Virus record (IMG/VR): IMGVR_UViG_3300033172_000005 | Reading direction: 5' to 3' (one strand) | Source: a virus | DNA: 41,630 nt | Part shown: positions 30,509 to 37,995 of the stretch, one piece after another | Layout of the letters: each line of letters starts with the position of its first letter | Position numbering within the stretch: the stretch's first letter is position 1 | Position numbers and translations under genes: made by a program | Notes under the pieces: model-generated | What the model saw: only the letters and a program-made list of their open reading frames with translations | Told to the model about the DNA's origin: nothing | The model's database searches: none

Positions 30509-30825
30509 CGCGCTTGCACCGCATAGTTCTCAATTGTTGCAATCTGATTATCGTCATACACATCCGACAGTTGCCGTTTGAACTCGAAATACCTGTCGCC
30601 GCTCTTTTTGTCACGTAGTCGCTTCGCGGCCTCATGCACAATCGCATGGCAGTTGGGGCAGAGATAGACAAGATTCTCAGGCCGGTTCACGCCATCCCGA
30701 CTCACAGGGATTACATGGTGTAGGCGCAAAATGGAGTGAATCCAGAAGCCGCAAATCTCGCATTCGGACCCTTGGGCGAGCGTCGCCTTGCGCCATTTCA
30801 TTGCTTCGTATCGAATGTTATTCAT
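30505..30825 (-). CDS. HNH endonuclease (106 aa).
   Basis: CEICGFW...LHHVIPVSRDGVNRPENLVYLCPNCHAIVH gives the HNH and zinc-finger motifs. ATGA overlap with the ParB-like gene. Lower GC by eye. Confidence 0.85.
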   Translation of the reverse strand: MNNIRYEAMKWRKATLAQGSECEICGFWIHSILRLHHVIPVSRDGVNRPENLVYLCPNCHAIVHEAAKRLRDKKSGDRYFEFKRQLSDVYDDNQIATIENYAVQAR

Positions 30826-30934
30826 CCTGTGCGCCCTCTTTCATCGCCTGCGCATATTCGCTCGTGGCGATCCAGTCCAGTTGCACCCGGCTCTGCGTTC
30901 CGCCGTCCATCCGAATGAGATTGATGTCAAGCAT
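30818..30934 (-). pseudogene. 38-aa N-terminal ParB-like gene fragment ending at the HNH start codon.
   Basis: MLDINLIRMDGGTQSRVQLDWIATSEYAQAMKEGAQDE aligns 17/35 (by hand) with residues 7-41 of the downstream ParB-like protein. AGGAGG SD. Its stop overlaps the HNH ATG region. Confidence 0.55.
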
Positions 30935-30974
30935 TTGTCCTCCTGAAATGCCGTTGGATGTAGTGCCCACAGTC

Positions 30975-31166
30975 CTACTCCTCCCCGTCCTCCTCGAAGC
31001 CGAGCGTCATTCCGCAATTCAGCACCCGCGCCGCCAACCGGATCAACCCCTTCGCCAGCCAAATGCGCAGCTTCAATTCCCGCAACCGCGTCACCCGCAC
31101 CTTGACGACCAACCTGCTCCCCCGCATCAACGCCACGCTATTGACCGTCACCGTCTTCTTCCCCAT
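30975..31166 (-). CDS. Small hypothetical protein (63 aa).
   Basis: Internal ATG (MGKKTVTV...) of track ORF 30975..31250. Composition is plausible. Confidence 0.4.
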   Translation of the reverse strand: MGKKTVTVNSVALMRGSRLVVKVRVTRLRELKLRIWLAKGLIRLAARVLNCGMTLGFEEDGEE

Positions 31167-31578
31167 CCCTCTCCCCCCTCGCCAGCCGCAACACCGCACG
31201 TCGCGCCGCATCCTCATCCTCATACCGCCCGTAAAACTCCCACCCCGCACGCGGCCGCCGCTGCACCAACACCTCCGTGCGCTCCTCCGGGTTCACCCGA
31301 AACCGCGCCAACCCGCTCCCCGGCTGCGCCTCCACCGTCACACCGTCACCCTCCTCAACGCCATGCGCCACAACCGAAACCTGCATATCCGACAGACCCA
31401 CCGCCAACAACTGCGCCGTCGCCGCCGCCAGCGCCTCGCTCGACGACGGCCACACCTCCACCCTCACCCGCAGCACATCGTTGGCAGCGCCCTCGACCGT
31501 GATCCGCTGCACGTTCATCGGGTCCAGACCCAACGCCTCGCACGCCATCAGCCCCCACACACGCCCCGATTCCGCCAC
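31138..31578 (-). CDS. Hypothetical protein (146 aa) downstream of terL.
   Basis: ATG ORF with ordinary composition. No recognisable motif. Confidence 0.55.
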   Translation of the reverse strand: MAESGRVWGLMACEALGLDPMNVQRITVEGAANDVLRVRVEVWPSSSEALAAATAQLLAVGLSDMQVSVVAHGVEEGDGVTVEAQPGSGLARFRVNPEERTEVLVQRRPRAGWEFYGRYEDEDAARRAVLRLARGERDGEEDGDGQ

Positions 31579-31618
31579 TATTCCTCCCTCCGGATCACTC
31601 CGCCATCCTTTCCTCGGC

Positions 31619-33172
31619 TCATAGCTCCCGCAACCCCCGCTCCTCGTACACGCTCGCCGACTCCTCGTTGCGCACCGCCCGGTCCAGCGCCATCACCGCC
31701 GCCACGATCCCATCGATTTTCTCCCGGCTCTTCCCCTTGTTCGGCTTCACGTTCCCCGCCGCGTCGATGTCCACCGTCACATTGTCCGCCATCCAGCGCA
31801 GCACCGGGTGCCCGCCGTGCATCAGCCCGTGCGCCAACACCAGCCGCAGCAATTCCTTCGTCGGATGGCTCATGCTCGCAAACCCCTGGCCCATCTGCAC
31901 CATCTCGAACCCCGCGCCCTCCAACAACTGCCGCACCATCTCCGCGCCCCAACGGTCGAAGGCGATCTGCTCGATCTTGTACCGTTGCCCCAGCGCCTCG
32001 ATATCGCGCAGGATCACCCCGTAGTCGATCACGTTGCCCGGCGTCGCCGTCATATACCCGTCCCGCACCCAGGCGTCGTACGGAACCCGGTCCTTGCGCA
32101 TCCGCTCCGTCAGCGTCTCACGCGGCGTCCAGAAAAACGGCAGCAGATAAAACGGCTCATCCTCCCGCTCCGGCGGAAACGCCAGCACAAACGCCGCAAT
32201 ATCCGTCGTCGACGCCAGGTCCAACCCCCCGAAACACCGCCGCCCCGCCAGCTCCGGCAGCGCCCCGTCGCACGCATCCCATGCCGCCATATCCAGCCAC
32301 CGCTCATCTTGCGAGGTCCACTGATTTAAATGCAGCCTCCGAAACGCATTCTGATACGCCGGCGACGCCTTCGCCCGCGCGCACTGCTCCCGCAGATACT
32401 CTTCAGAAATCGTCACCCCCAGCCCCGGGTTCGCCTTCGCCCACGTCGCCGGGTCCGTCCAGTCGTCCCCCTCATCCGCCGCCGCGATGAAGGCGAAATA
32501 GCTCGGGTCCTCCACGATCCCCGCCAGCACCTGCCGCGCATACTCGTGCTGCTCCCAACACACGCTCGTCCGGTCATACCCCGCCGTCGTAATCATCACC
32601 ATCAACGGCTGCCGCCGTGCGCCCGTCGAGGTCGTCAACACGTCGTACAACTCCCGATTCGGCTGCGCGTGCAACTCGTCGAAAATGATCCCGTGCGCGT
32701 TCAGCCCGTGTTTCGTAAACGCGTCCGCGGACAATACCTTGTACGAAGAGCGTGTCTTCGGCGCCACAATGCTGTTGCGATACGCCAGCGCCCGCCTGCT
32801 CAACTCCGGCGACTCCTCCACCATGGCCCGCGCCTGGTCGAACACGATCCTCGCCTGCTCCCGGTCCGCCGCCGCGCTGTACACCTCCGCCCCGGCCTCC
32901 CCGTCCGCAAACAGCAGATACAGCGCAATCCCGCTGCTGATCGTGCTCTTCCCCTGCTTGCGCGGGATCTCGATATACGCCGTCCGGTAGCGCCGCGACC
33001 CGTCGCGCCGCATCCAACCGAACAGCGGGCGCACGATCTCATCCCGCTGCCACTCCTGCAGTTTGAACGGCTCCCCGGCCCACTCGCCCTTCGTATGCCG
33101 TAGAAACCGCTCGAAAAAGCCGACCGCACGATCAGCCGCCCCTGCGTCGTACCAGTACTCGCTAATTGCCAT
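31619..33172 (-). CDS. terL: Terminase large subunit.
   Basis: Walker A-like IEIPRKQGKSTISSGIAL, then a Terminase_1-type body (FDELHAQPNRELYDVLTTSTGARRQPLMVMITTAG) and a C-terminal nuclease region (IDGIVAAVMAL). Confidence 0.92.
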   Translation of the reverse strand: MAISEYWYDAGAADRAVGFFERFLRHTKGEWAGEPFKLQEWQRDEIVRPLFGWMRRDGSRRYRTAYIEIPRKQGKSTISSGIALYLLFADGEAGAEVYSAAADREQARIVFDQARAMVEESPELSRRALAYRNSIVAPKTRSSYKVLSADAFTKHGLNAHGIIFDELHAQPNRELYDVLTTSTGARRQPLMVMITTAGYDRTSVCWEQHEYARQVLAGIVEDPSYFAFIAAADEGDDWTDPATWAKANPGLGVTISEEYLREQCARAKASPAYQNAFRRLHLNQWTSQDERWLDMAAWDACDGALPELAGRRCFGGLDLASTTDIAAFVLAFPPEREDEPFYLLPFFWTPRETLTERMRKDRVPYDAWVRDGYMTATPGNVIDYGVILRDIEALGQRYKIEQIAFDRWGAEMVRQLLEGAGFEMVQMGQGFASMSHPTKELLRLVLAHGLMHGGHPVLRWMADNVTVDIDAAGNVKPNKGKSREKIDGIVAAVMALDRAVRNEESASVYEERGLREL

Positions 33173-33205
33173 CTCCGCCTAACAACCCTCTCGCCCTGGC
33201 CCTGC

Positions 33206-33736
33206 CTATTCCCCGCCCACATGCCGCGTCGTTTCATCGCACGGATTCCGCGGGACCCACGTAACCCACTCATTTCCGTCATATTCGGCCGGGAAATACA
33301 CATTGCGTTCCGTCCATGCCGTGAACGGCGCCGCCTGTGCATAGCCGTATCCGGCGTCTATCTCCTTATCCAGACTCGCCGTGTCCTTGATAGCGAGATA
33401 GATGATGTCTCCCCACGTCTCCCCCGCTCTGCTCAGCGCCTCCTCGATCATCTCTCGCAGCGTCGTCATAAAATCGTCATCCATTGCATCGTTCTCCTTG
33501 CTCTGCTCAGTAGCCAACCGCCGCTCGTCGTCTAACTCCGCCACCAACCTATCGATCATCTCCACGTCCTTGGGCTGAAGCAGGCTCTCTATCTCATCCC
33601 GCGGGAACCGATCCCAAACCAACGTCGCAACCAGTCCCCGCAGATACATCATCTGCTCATCCAGCCTCTTAAGGCGTTCGTGCAGAGTGAATTGCTCCAC
33701 CGGCTTTTGCGCTCCGGTCCGTTCCTCGCCGCTCAT
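33206..33736 (-). CDS. Hypothetical protein (176 aa).
   Basis: ATG ORF, ATGA-coupled to the upstream gene. Acidic helical N-terminal half. Confidence 0.6.
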   Translation of the reverse strand: MSGEERTGAQKPVEQFTLHERLKRLDEQMMYLRGLVATLVWDRFPRDEIESLLQPKDVEMIDRLVAELDDERRLATEQSKENDAMDDDFMTTLREMIEEALSRAGETWGDIIYLAIKDTASLDKEIDAGYGYAQAAPFTAWTERNVYFPAEYDGNEWVTWVPRNPCDETTRHVGGE

Positions 33737-34152
33737 GGCAGTGTCCTCATGTACTTGCGCACATCCACCCGCTCGCTGTAATAACCGTTCGACCTCCTGC
33801 CCTCACGAATTACCCATCTATCCATCGCGCTCGGTTCCGGCCTCTTCGGCCTCTTCAAATCTACCCCGCTCGCGCTCGGTTCCGGCCTCTTCGGGACGAT
33901 CCTGTCCTCGTCGATCGGCGGCGCGTCAGGGATGCGCGACCATATGCCGTCCGTCGCCGTGACGCTCTCGTGCCCCATCCCCCAGCGAAACCACAGGCCT
34001 CGCCGGTACGGCAGAACCTTCATCGCAGTCGGCTCGTCGAATCGCACAATCGCATCCCCCACATCGCCTACATTGCGCATCACTGCGCTCCCGACAAACC
34101 AGTACCAGCCCGGCTCCGTTGGCATATTCGCACTCCAGTAAGCGCGCGTCAT
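33733..34152 (-). CDS. Hypothetical protein (139 aa) with the duplicated KRPEPSA motif.
   Basis: ATG at 34152 (MTRAYWSANMPTEPGWYWF). ATGA coupling on both sides. Confidence 0.55.
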   Translation of the reverse strand: MTRAYWSANMPTEPGWYWFVGSAVMRNVGDVGDAIVRFDEPTAMKVLPYRRGLWFRWGMGHESVTATDGIWSRIPDAPPIDEDRIVPKRPEPSASGVDLKRPKRPEPSAMDRWVIREGRRSNGYYSERVDVRKYMRTLP

Positions 34153-34331
34153 TCCGTCGCCTCCTCCCATGCCTCTAGCGCCTGCACAGCCGTGAGCGCG
34201 CCGTCCGGCGCGGCGCTGGCGTGCGTCACGACGCGCACGGCGCACCAGTACACGATCTGGCGCGGCATGTGCCACGCCAGCCACATGGCGAGTCGCGTGC
34301 GCCAGTCGGGTACGTAGCGGCGGCGCGTCAC
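34149..34331 (-). CDS. Small membrane protein (about 60 aa).
   Basis: GTG at 34331 behind a GGAGGTGA SD, GTGA-overlapping the upstream stop. Contains RLAMWLAWHMPRQIVYWCAVRVV. Confidence 0.5.
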   Translation of the reverse strand: MTRRRYVPDWRTRLAMWLAWHMPRQIVYWCAVRVVTHASAAPDGALTAVQALEAWEEATE

Positions 34332-35056
34332 GGCGTCACCTCCACGCGGCGCAACGCCGCGGTCTCTAGCCACGCATTCTGCGCGGCCTGGGCGGCCTGG
34401 GCGGCCTGGGCGGCGGCATTCTGCGCGGCCTGGGCGGCCTGGGCGGCCTGGGCGGCGGCATCGGCGGCGGCCCTGGCGGCCCAGGCGTCACTGGCGGCAT
34501 CGGCGGCGGCCCAGGCGGCCCAGGCGGCGGCATCGGCGGCCCAGGCGGCCCAGGCGGCCCAGGCGGCGGCATCGGCGGCCCAGGCGGCCCAGGCGGCGGC
34601 ATCGGCGGCGGCATCGGCGGCCCAGGCGTCACTGGCGGCGGAGCAGGCGGCCCGCAATGACTCATCGCCCGTCTCCAGGTAGTCGCGTACCACCTGCGGC
34701 GCGCACCACAGGCCGATCACCTGCAACGCGCACCAGCGCGCGAACTCGCGCAGCAGCGCATCCGTCTCCGCTGCGGACAACATGGCGACGACCGTGCGCT
34801 CGCTGGCGACGTATTTGTCAGCGTCGCGCATGATTGTGCCGCCGAGCGTGACGCGGCACAGCGCCGAGATGGACGGCGCGTATTTGAGCGCGTCCATGAC
34901 GTGCTCGCAGGCGTGCAGGCCATGGACGCATAGCTCTATGACGCCGTCCACCGTCAACGTCTCGCCGACGCGCACCTCGCGCCCGTCGCCATGTGCCAGG
35001 CGCGGCGTGCCGTCATTGTCCACGGGGCAAAAATGCCAGTAGTAATAGTCGGTCAT
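34328..35056 (-). CDS. Protein with a globular N-domain and a C-terminal Ala/Trp/Gln repeat array (242 aa).
   Basis: MTDYYYWHFCPVDNDG...GLHACEHVMDALKY... is followed by AAWAAWAADAAAWAAWAAWAADAAAW...AAQAAQAAQAAQNAAAQAAQAAQAAQNA. ATGA coupling to the upstream gene. Confidence 0.7.
   Translation of the reverse strand: MTDYYYWHFCPVDNDGTPRLAHGDGREVRVGETLTVDGVIELCVHGLHACEHVMDALKYAPSISALCRVTLGGTIMRDADKYVASERTVVAMLSAAETDALLREFARWCALQVIGLWCAPQVVRDYLETGDESLRAACSAASDAWAADAAADAAAWAAWAADAAAWAAWAAWAADAAAWAAWAAADAASDAWAARAAADAAAQAAQAAQAAQNAAAQAAQAAQAAQNAWLETAALRRVEVTP
34374..34650. repeat. Coding 9-bp-unit repeat array: GCGGCCTGG units, then GCGGCCCAG units.
   Basis: A 42-bp unit occurs twice at 34374..34457. 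Variable GCATCGGCGG(C)-CCCAGGCGG blocks then run to about 34650. Confidence 0.85.
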
Positions 35057-35277
35057 TCCGTCACCTCCTCCAGCAGCTCCGTCAACGCATCCGCCACGGC
35101 CATAATGTTCGCAATCGCCTCCTCCGCGCCGTCCGTGCGCTCGCCGGCAATCTCGCACCACTGCGCCGCCGTGCACAGCCGGAGGCGCAGCTTCTCCGCC
35201 TCCGTCCATGGGGCCCCAGTCCCCGCGAAAAACTCCGCCCACTCCTGCTCTCGTTTTGCCTTCTCCGCATCGTTCAT
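35053..35277 (-). CDS. Small acidic protein (74 aa).
   Basis: ATG at 35277 (MNDAEKAKREQEW) behind an AGGAGGAG SD, directly after the terS stop. Confidence 0.6.
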   Translation of the reverse strand: MNDAEKAKREQEWAEFFAGTGAPWTEAEKLRLRLCTAAQWCEIAGERTDGAEEAIANIMAVADALTELLEEVTE

Positions 35278-35287
35278 CGCGCTCCTC

Positions 35288-35734
35288 CTAGTACCCGAAA
35301 AAATCATCGGCGTCTTCCGGCTCCGCCACGCTCAGCCTGGCCCGCGCCGAGGCCGTCAACCCGAACTGCATCGCATACGATCTGAATGCCGTGCTGTTGT
35401 CCCGCAGCACCTGCAACAATGGATGCTTCCTCGTCAGCCCCCGCTCATCCGTCGTCGTCAGCCCATCCTGTTTCAACTGTTTTGCCGCCCGTTCCGCCAG
35501 CGCATAATGTGTCGCCATCATCGCCAGCGCCGGCCCGTCCACCTCCGTCGCCACACCCAGCGCCACAAGCCGCGGCACATGCTCCCGCCAAAAGCGCCGC
35601 GCCTCCGTCAGCATATTGCGCGGCATCTTCGGCTCCCTGGTCGGCGGCTTCGGCTCCCCGCCGTTCAGCGTCCGCTTGCCCGGGTTCCCCTCCAACACCT
35701 TCAGCGCCGTGGGCTTCGGCGGCCTCCCCACCAT
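35288..35734 (-). CDS. terS: Terminase small subunit (P27 family-like).
   Basis: MVGRPPKPTALKVLEGNPGKR...EARRFWREHVPRLVALGV...DGPALAMMATHYALAERA matches the P27-family pattern. An HNH gene lies upstream. Confidence 0.85.
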   Translation of the reverse strand: MVGRPPKPTALKVLEGNPGKRTLNGGEPKPPTREPKMPRNMLTEARRFWREHVPRLVALGVATEVDGPALAMMATHYALAERAAKQLKQDGLTTTDERGLTRKHPLLQVLRDNSTAFRSYAMQFGLTASARARLSVAEPEDADDFFGY

Positions 35735-35749
35735 GTTGCTCTCCTCGTG

Positions 35750-35770
35750 CTCCGTGGAAACTCCGTGGAA
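35750..35770. repeat. Tandem CTCCGTGGAA twice (11-bp period) just upstream of terS. Candidate cos or terminase-binding element, or a promoter element.
   Basis: Exact 10-mers at 35750..35759 and 35761..35770, followed by the AT-rich TTTCCGAAAATTACG. Confidence 0.35.
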
Positions 35771-35819
35771 TTTCCGAAAATTACGCGGTCGTGTGCGCGG
35801 AGTTTGGGCGGCGGTCTAG

Positions 35820-36182
35820 CTAGGGATTGTCCCCGCGATTCGCCCCGCCCCTCCCCCAGACCTCATCAGCCGTTTTCTCGCCGTGATGTCGTTTGCATAA
35901 TGACTGGAGGTTGGCCCAGGCGTCCGTGCCGCCGCGCACCCTCGGCACGATGTGGTCGACGTCCGTCGCCGGCTCGCCGCAGACCGCGCAGAGTGGATGC
36001 GCACGCAGATACATGAGTCGCAACTTGCGCCACCGGCTGCCGTACCCGCGCGCCGCGCTACTGCCGCGCTGACGGTCGAACGCACGCTCTCGCTCACGCG
36101 CACATCGCTCGCAGTAACCGCCGCGCACCGCCAGCCCTGCGCACCCTGGCGTCCTACATGGTCGTCTCGCCTTCGTCGGCAT
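35820..36182 (-). CDS. HNH endonuclease (packaging-associated type, upstream of terS).
   Basis: CRTPGC...YCERC...HPLCAVCGEPATDVDHIVPRVRGGTDAWANLQSLCKRHH. ATG at 36182 (MPTKARRPC). Confidence 0.85.
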   Translation of the reverse strand: MPTKARRPCRTPGCAGLAVRGGYCERCARERERAFDRQRGSSAARGYGSRWRKLRLMYLRAHPLCAVCGEPATDVDHIVPRVRGGTDAWANLQSLCKRHHGEKTADEVWGRGGANRGDNP

Positions 36183-36255
36183 GCCATCGCCTCCATCCGC
36201 CGTCGAAGAGCGTCGCCAACTCGCCCGCCGGCGACGCCCTTCGCTGGCCCCCAGT

Positions 36256-36456
36256 TCACGCCGCCTGTCGATCGTTCGCAAACAGCGGCAAGTCGCACAC
36301 CTCTCGCGCTCGCGTATCCTGCGGCGCATGCCGGCGCAACCAGGCCCCCTCGCATTCAGCGCACGCCATTAGCGACCGCGGAATGTGGTTGGCCTGAATC
36401 ACGAAGATGCTCTTCAGCCTGTCCGTCACTCTCCCGCACACCTGGCATTTCCCCAT
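36256..36456 (-). CDS. Possible small zinc-ribbon protein (66 aa).
   Basis: MGKCQVCGRV...ACAECEG has two CxxC pairs. It overlaps the 3' end of the replication gene by 100 nt, so it is uncertain. Confidence 0.35.
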   Translation of the reverse strand: MGKCQVCGRVTDRLKSIFVIQANHIPRSLMACAECEGAWLRRHAPQDTRAREVCDLPLFANDRQAA

Positions 36457-37603
36457 GACTAGCCCCCCCTGTTTTGAGATCCGTGAATATCCAACTCACC
36501 TCGTCCAACAGACCCGCGCTCCCCAACGTCCGCTCTATCGCCCGGCTGTATTGCCGCTCAGCCACCTCAGGCGCACGCACGGCGATGCACACCACGTCGC
36601 CGTCCAGCTCCATCGGCGACTCGCGCAGCTGGGCGATCTCCCGCAACAGGCGGATCGCCTGCGGCTCCGGTTCCGGTACGGGTTGCCGCGGCAGCCCGTA
36701 CACGCCCGCCGTGTGCGCCTCTTCCAACATCTCCTCACGCGCCCGGTCACGCGCCCGCTTCTGCAGGATGCCGCGGATGTAGCGCAGCGTGCGCTTGTTC
36801 TCGCTCTCGCTGCTGGCCTCGTCGGCGATGCGCAGCGCCGCAATCACCTCGTCCGCGCCGTGGCGCTCTTCCAGCTCGCGCAGCCCCGCCTCGACGCCCG
36901 GTCGCATCTCCCCAAAACCGGCCCCCCTCCAAAAATCCAGAACAGAATCAAAACCACCACCACCACCACTGTTTTGCGGCTCGTCGCGCGTAGTGGTGGT
37001 GGTAGTGATCTCACTTTGATTAACGAGATCATCTTGCTGTTCAGTAGTTACTCTTATAGTACTTACTAGTTGGCGCGGTTTTCCGTGGCTGGATAATCCG
37101 TGGCCGGATAACCGCGCCATGGTGCAGGTTTCCGACACATCACCATGGTTCGGTTTTCCGGCCATGGTGCAGGTTTTCAACACATCGTCGCGACCGATTT
37201 CGCCGTCGCACGGTTCACCATGGTTCGGTTTCCCGGCCATGGTGCTGGTTTCCGGCAGTTCCGACGCCTGGTCTAGCTCTGCCGCCTCGTCGATGACGCG
37301 CTGATTTTCAGCCGCATGGGGCTCGTCGTACACCACGGATGCCCATTCGAACGTGCCGTTTTTCGACCGCCATCGCTCGCGGCGCAGATAGCCGGTTTTC
37401 TCCAACTCGCGCAGCGCGCTCTGCACCGCATGGCGACCGTCCGGCCCCGCCGAGGCCAACTGGCGGTCGCTCACCGTCCAGTGATCCGGCATCGACAGCA
37501 AATAGGCCAGCACCCCGCGCGCCTTGTAGCTCAGACGCTCGTCGCGCAAGCCCGCATTGCTCATCACCGTGTAGCCGTCTTTTCGTTCAGCCCTGACGAT
37601 CAC
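36356..37603 (-). CDS. Replication initiator/replisome organiser: an N-terminal winged-helix domain plus a DnaD-like C-terminal domain.
   Basis: GYTVMSNAGLRDERLSYKARGVLAYLLSMPDHWTVSDRQLA...ELEKTGYL is followed later by FWRGAGFG...EVIAALRIA...RTLRYIRGILQKR. GTG start behind an AAGGAGG SD, GTGA-coupled. Confidence 0.75.
   Translation of the reverse strand: MIVRAERKDGYTVMSNAGLRDERLSYKARGVLAYLLSMPDHWTVSDRQLASAGPDGRHAVQSALRELEKTGYLRRERWRSKNGTFEWASVVYDEPHAAENQRVIDEAAELDQASELPETSTMAGKPNHGEPCDGEIGRDDVLKTCTMAGKPNHGDVSETCTMARLSGHGLSSHGKPRQLVSTIRVTTEQQDDLVNQSEITTTTTTRDEPQNSGGGGGFDSVLDFWRGAGFGEMRPGVEAGLRELEERHGADEVIAALRIADEASSESENKRTLRYIRGILQKRARDRAREEMLEEAHTAGVYGLPRQPVPEPEPQAIRLLREIAQLRESPMELDGDVVCIAVRAPEVAERQYSRAIERTLGSAGLLDEVSWIFTDLKTGGASHGEMPGVRESDGQAEEHLRDSGQPHSAVANGVR
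36959..37258. repeat. Candidate origin of replication inside the initiator gene: an inverted repeat, an AT-rich stretch and iterons.
   Basis: ACCACCACCACT 36959..36970 pairs with AGTGGTGGTGGT 36982..36993. An AT-rich stretch lies at about 37010..37075. TCCGTGGCYGGATAA occurs twice at 37082..37111. A 36-bp repeat sits at 37141..37176 and 37216..37251 (34/36 identical). CCATGGTKC occurs five times. Confidence 0.6.
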
Positions 37604-37800
37604 CGTCCCGCCTCCTTCATTCGCAGCCGCCGAATCCGCTGCGTCAATTCCCCCACGCGCGCCCGCAACTCGATCCGCTCTTCAACCGCCTGGGCCTCGC
37701 GCAGCGCCGCCTTCGCGCTCGCCAACTCCGCCCGCAACCCCTCCTCCGTCGTCCCCTCGTCCTCGTCCATGACCTGTTCCCCGGGGCCGGCGCCGCTCAC
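37600..37800 (-). CDS. Small coiled-coil protein upstream of the replication gene.
   Basis: AELASAKAALREAQAVEERIELRARVGELTQRIRRLR. The start is uncertain (GTG 37800 or ATG 37770). Confidence 0.5.
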   Translation of the reverse strand: MSGAGPGEQVMDEDEGTTEEGLRAELASAKAALREAQAVEERIELRARVGELTQRIRRLRMKEAGR

Positions 37801-37995
37801 CTACGACGCCGGCCCCGTATCTGGTCACGCCATGCGCCCGTCTCGCCTGTCTGGGCCGGATCTACCAGGCGAAACCCTCGTCAGGAGTCTGGACCCTCAT
37901 CCACGGCCCCCGGTCGCTCTCCGGTCAGCGCACAGCGCGTTATCGTGCTAACGCACGCACTAGCGTGATCGCCCCTACGGGGCGGGCGTTCGCCA

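Noticed and set aside
34374-34650. CRISPR-like or non-coding satellite array.
   Set aside because: The units are 9 bp with no spacers. The array lies in frame within a well-coupled minus-strand ORF and translates into AAW/AAQ repeats.
34221-34682. Plus-strand ORF (153 aa) that also reads as A/W/Q repeats.
   Set aside because: It has no SD and no coupling to neighbours, and it lies antisense to a gene with a proper N-domain. Its repeat translation is a by-product of the near reverse-complement symmetry of the units.
37801-37995. Hammerhead-ribozyme-like CUGACGAG box on the minus strand.
   Set aside because: The partner element reads GAGAC rather than the invariant GAAAC, and stems I to III cannot be drawn. 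This is probably a chance match.
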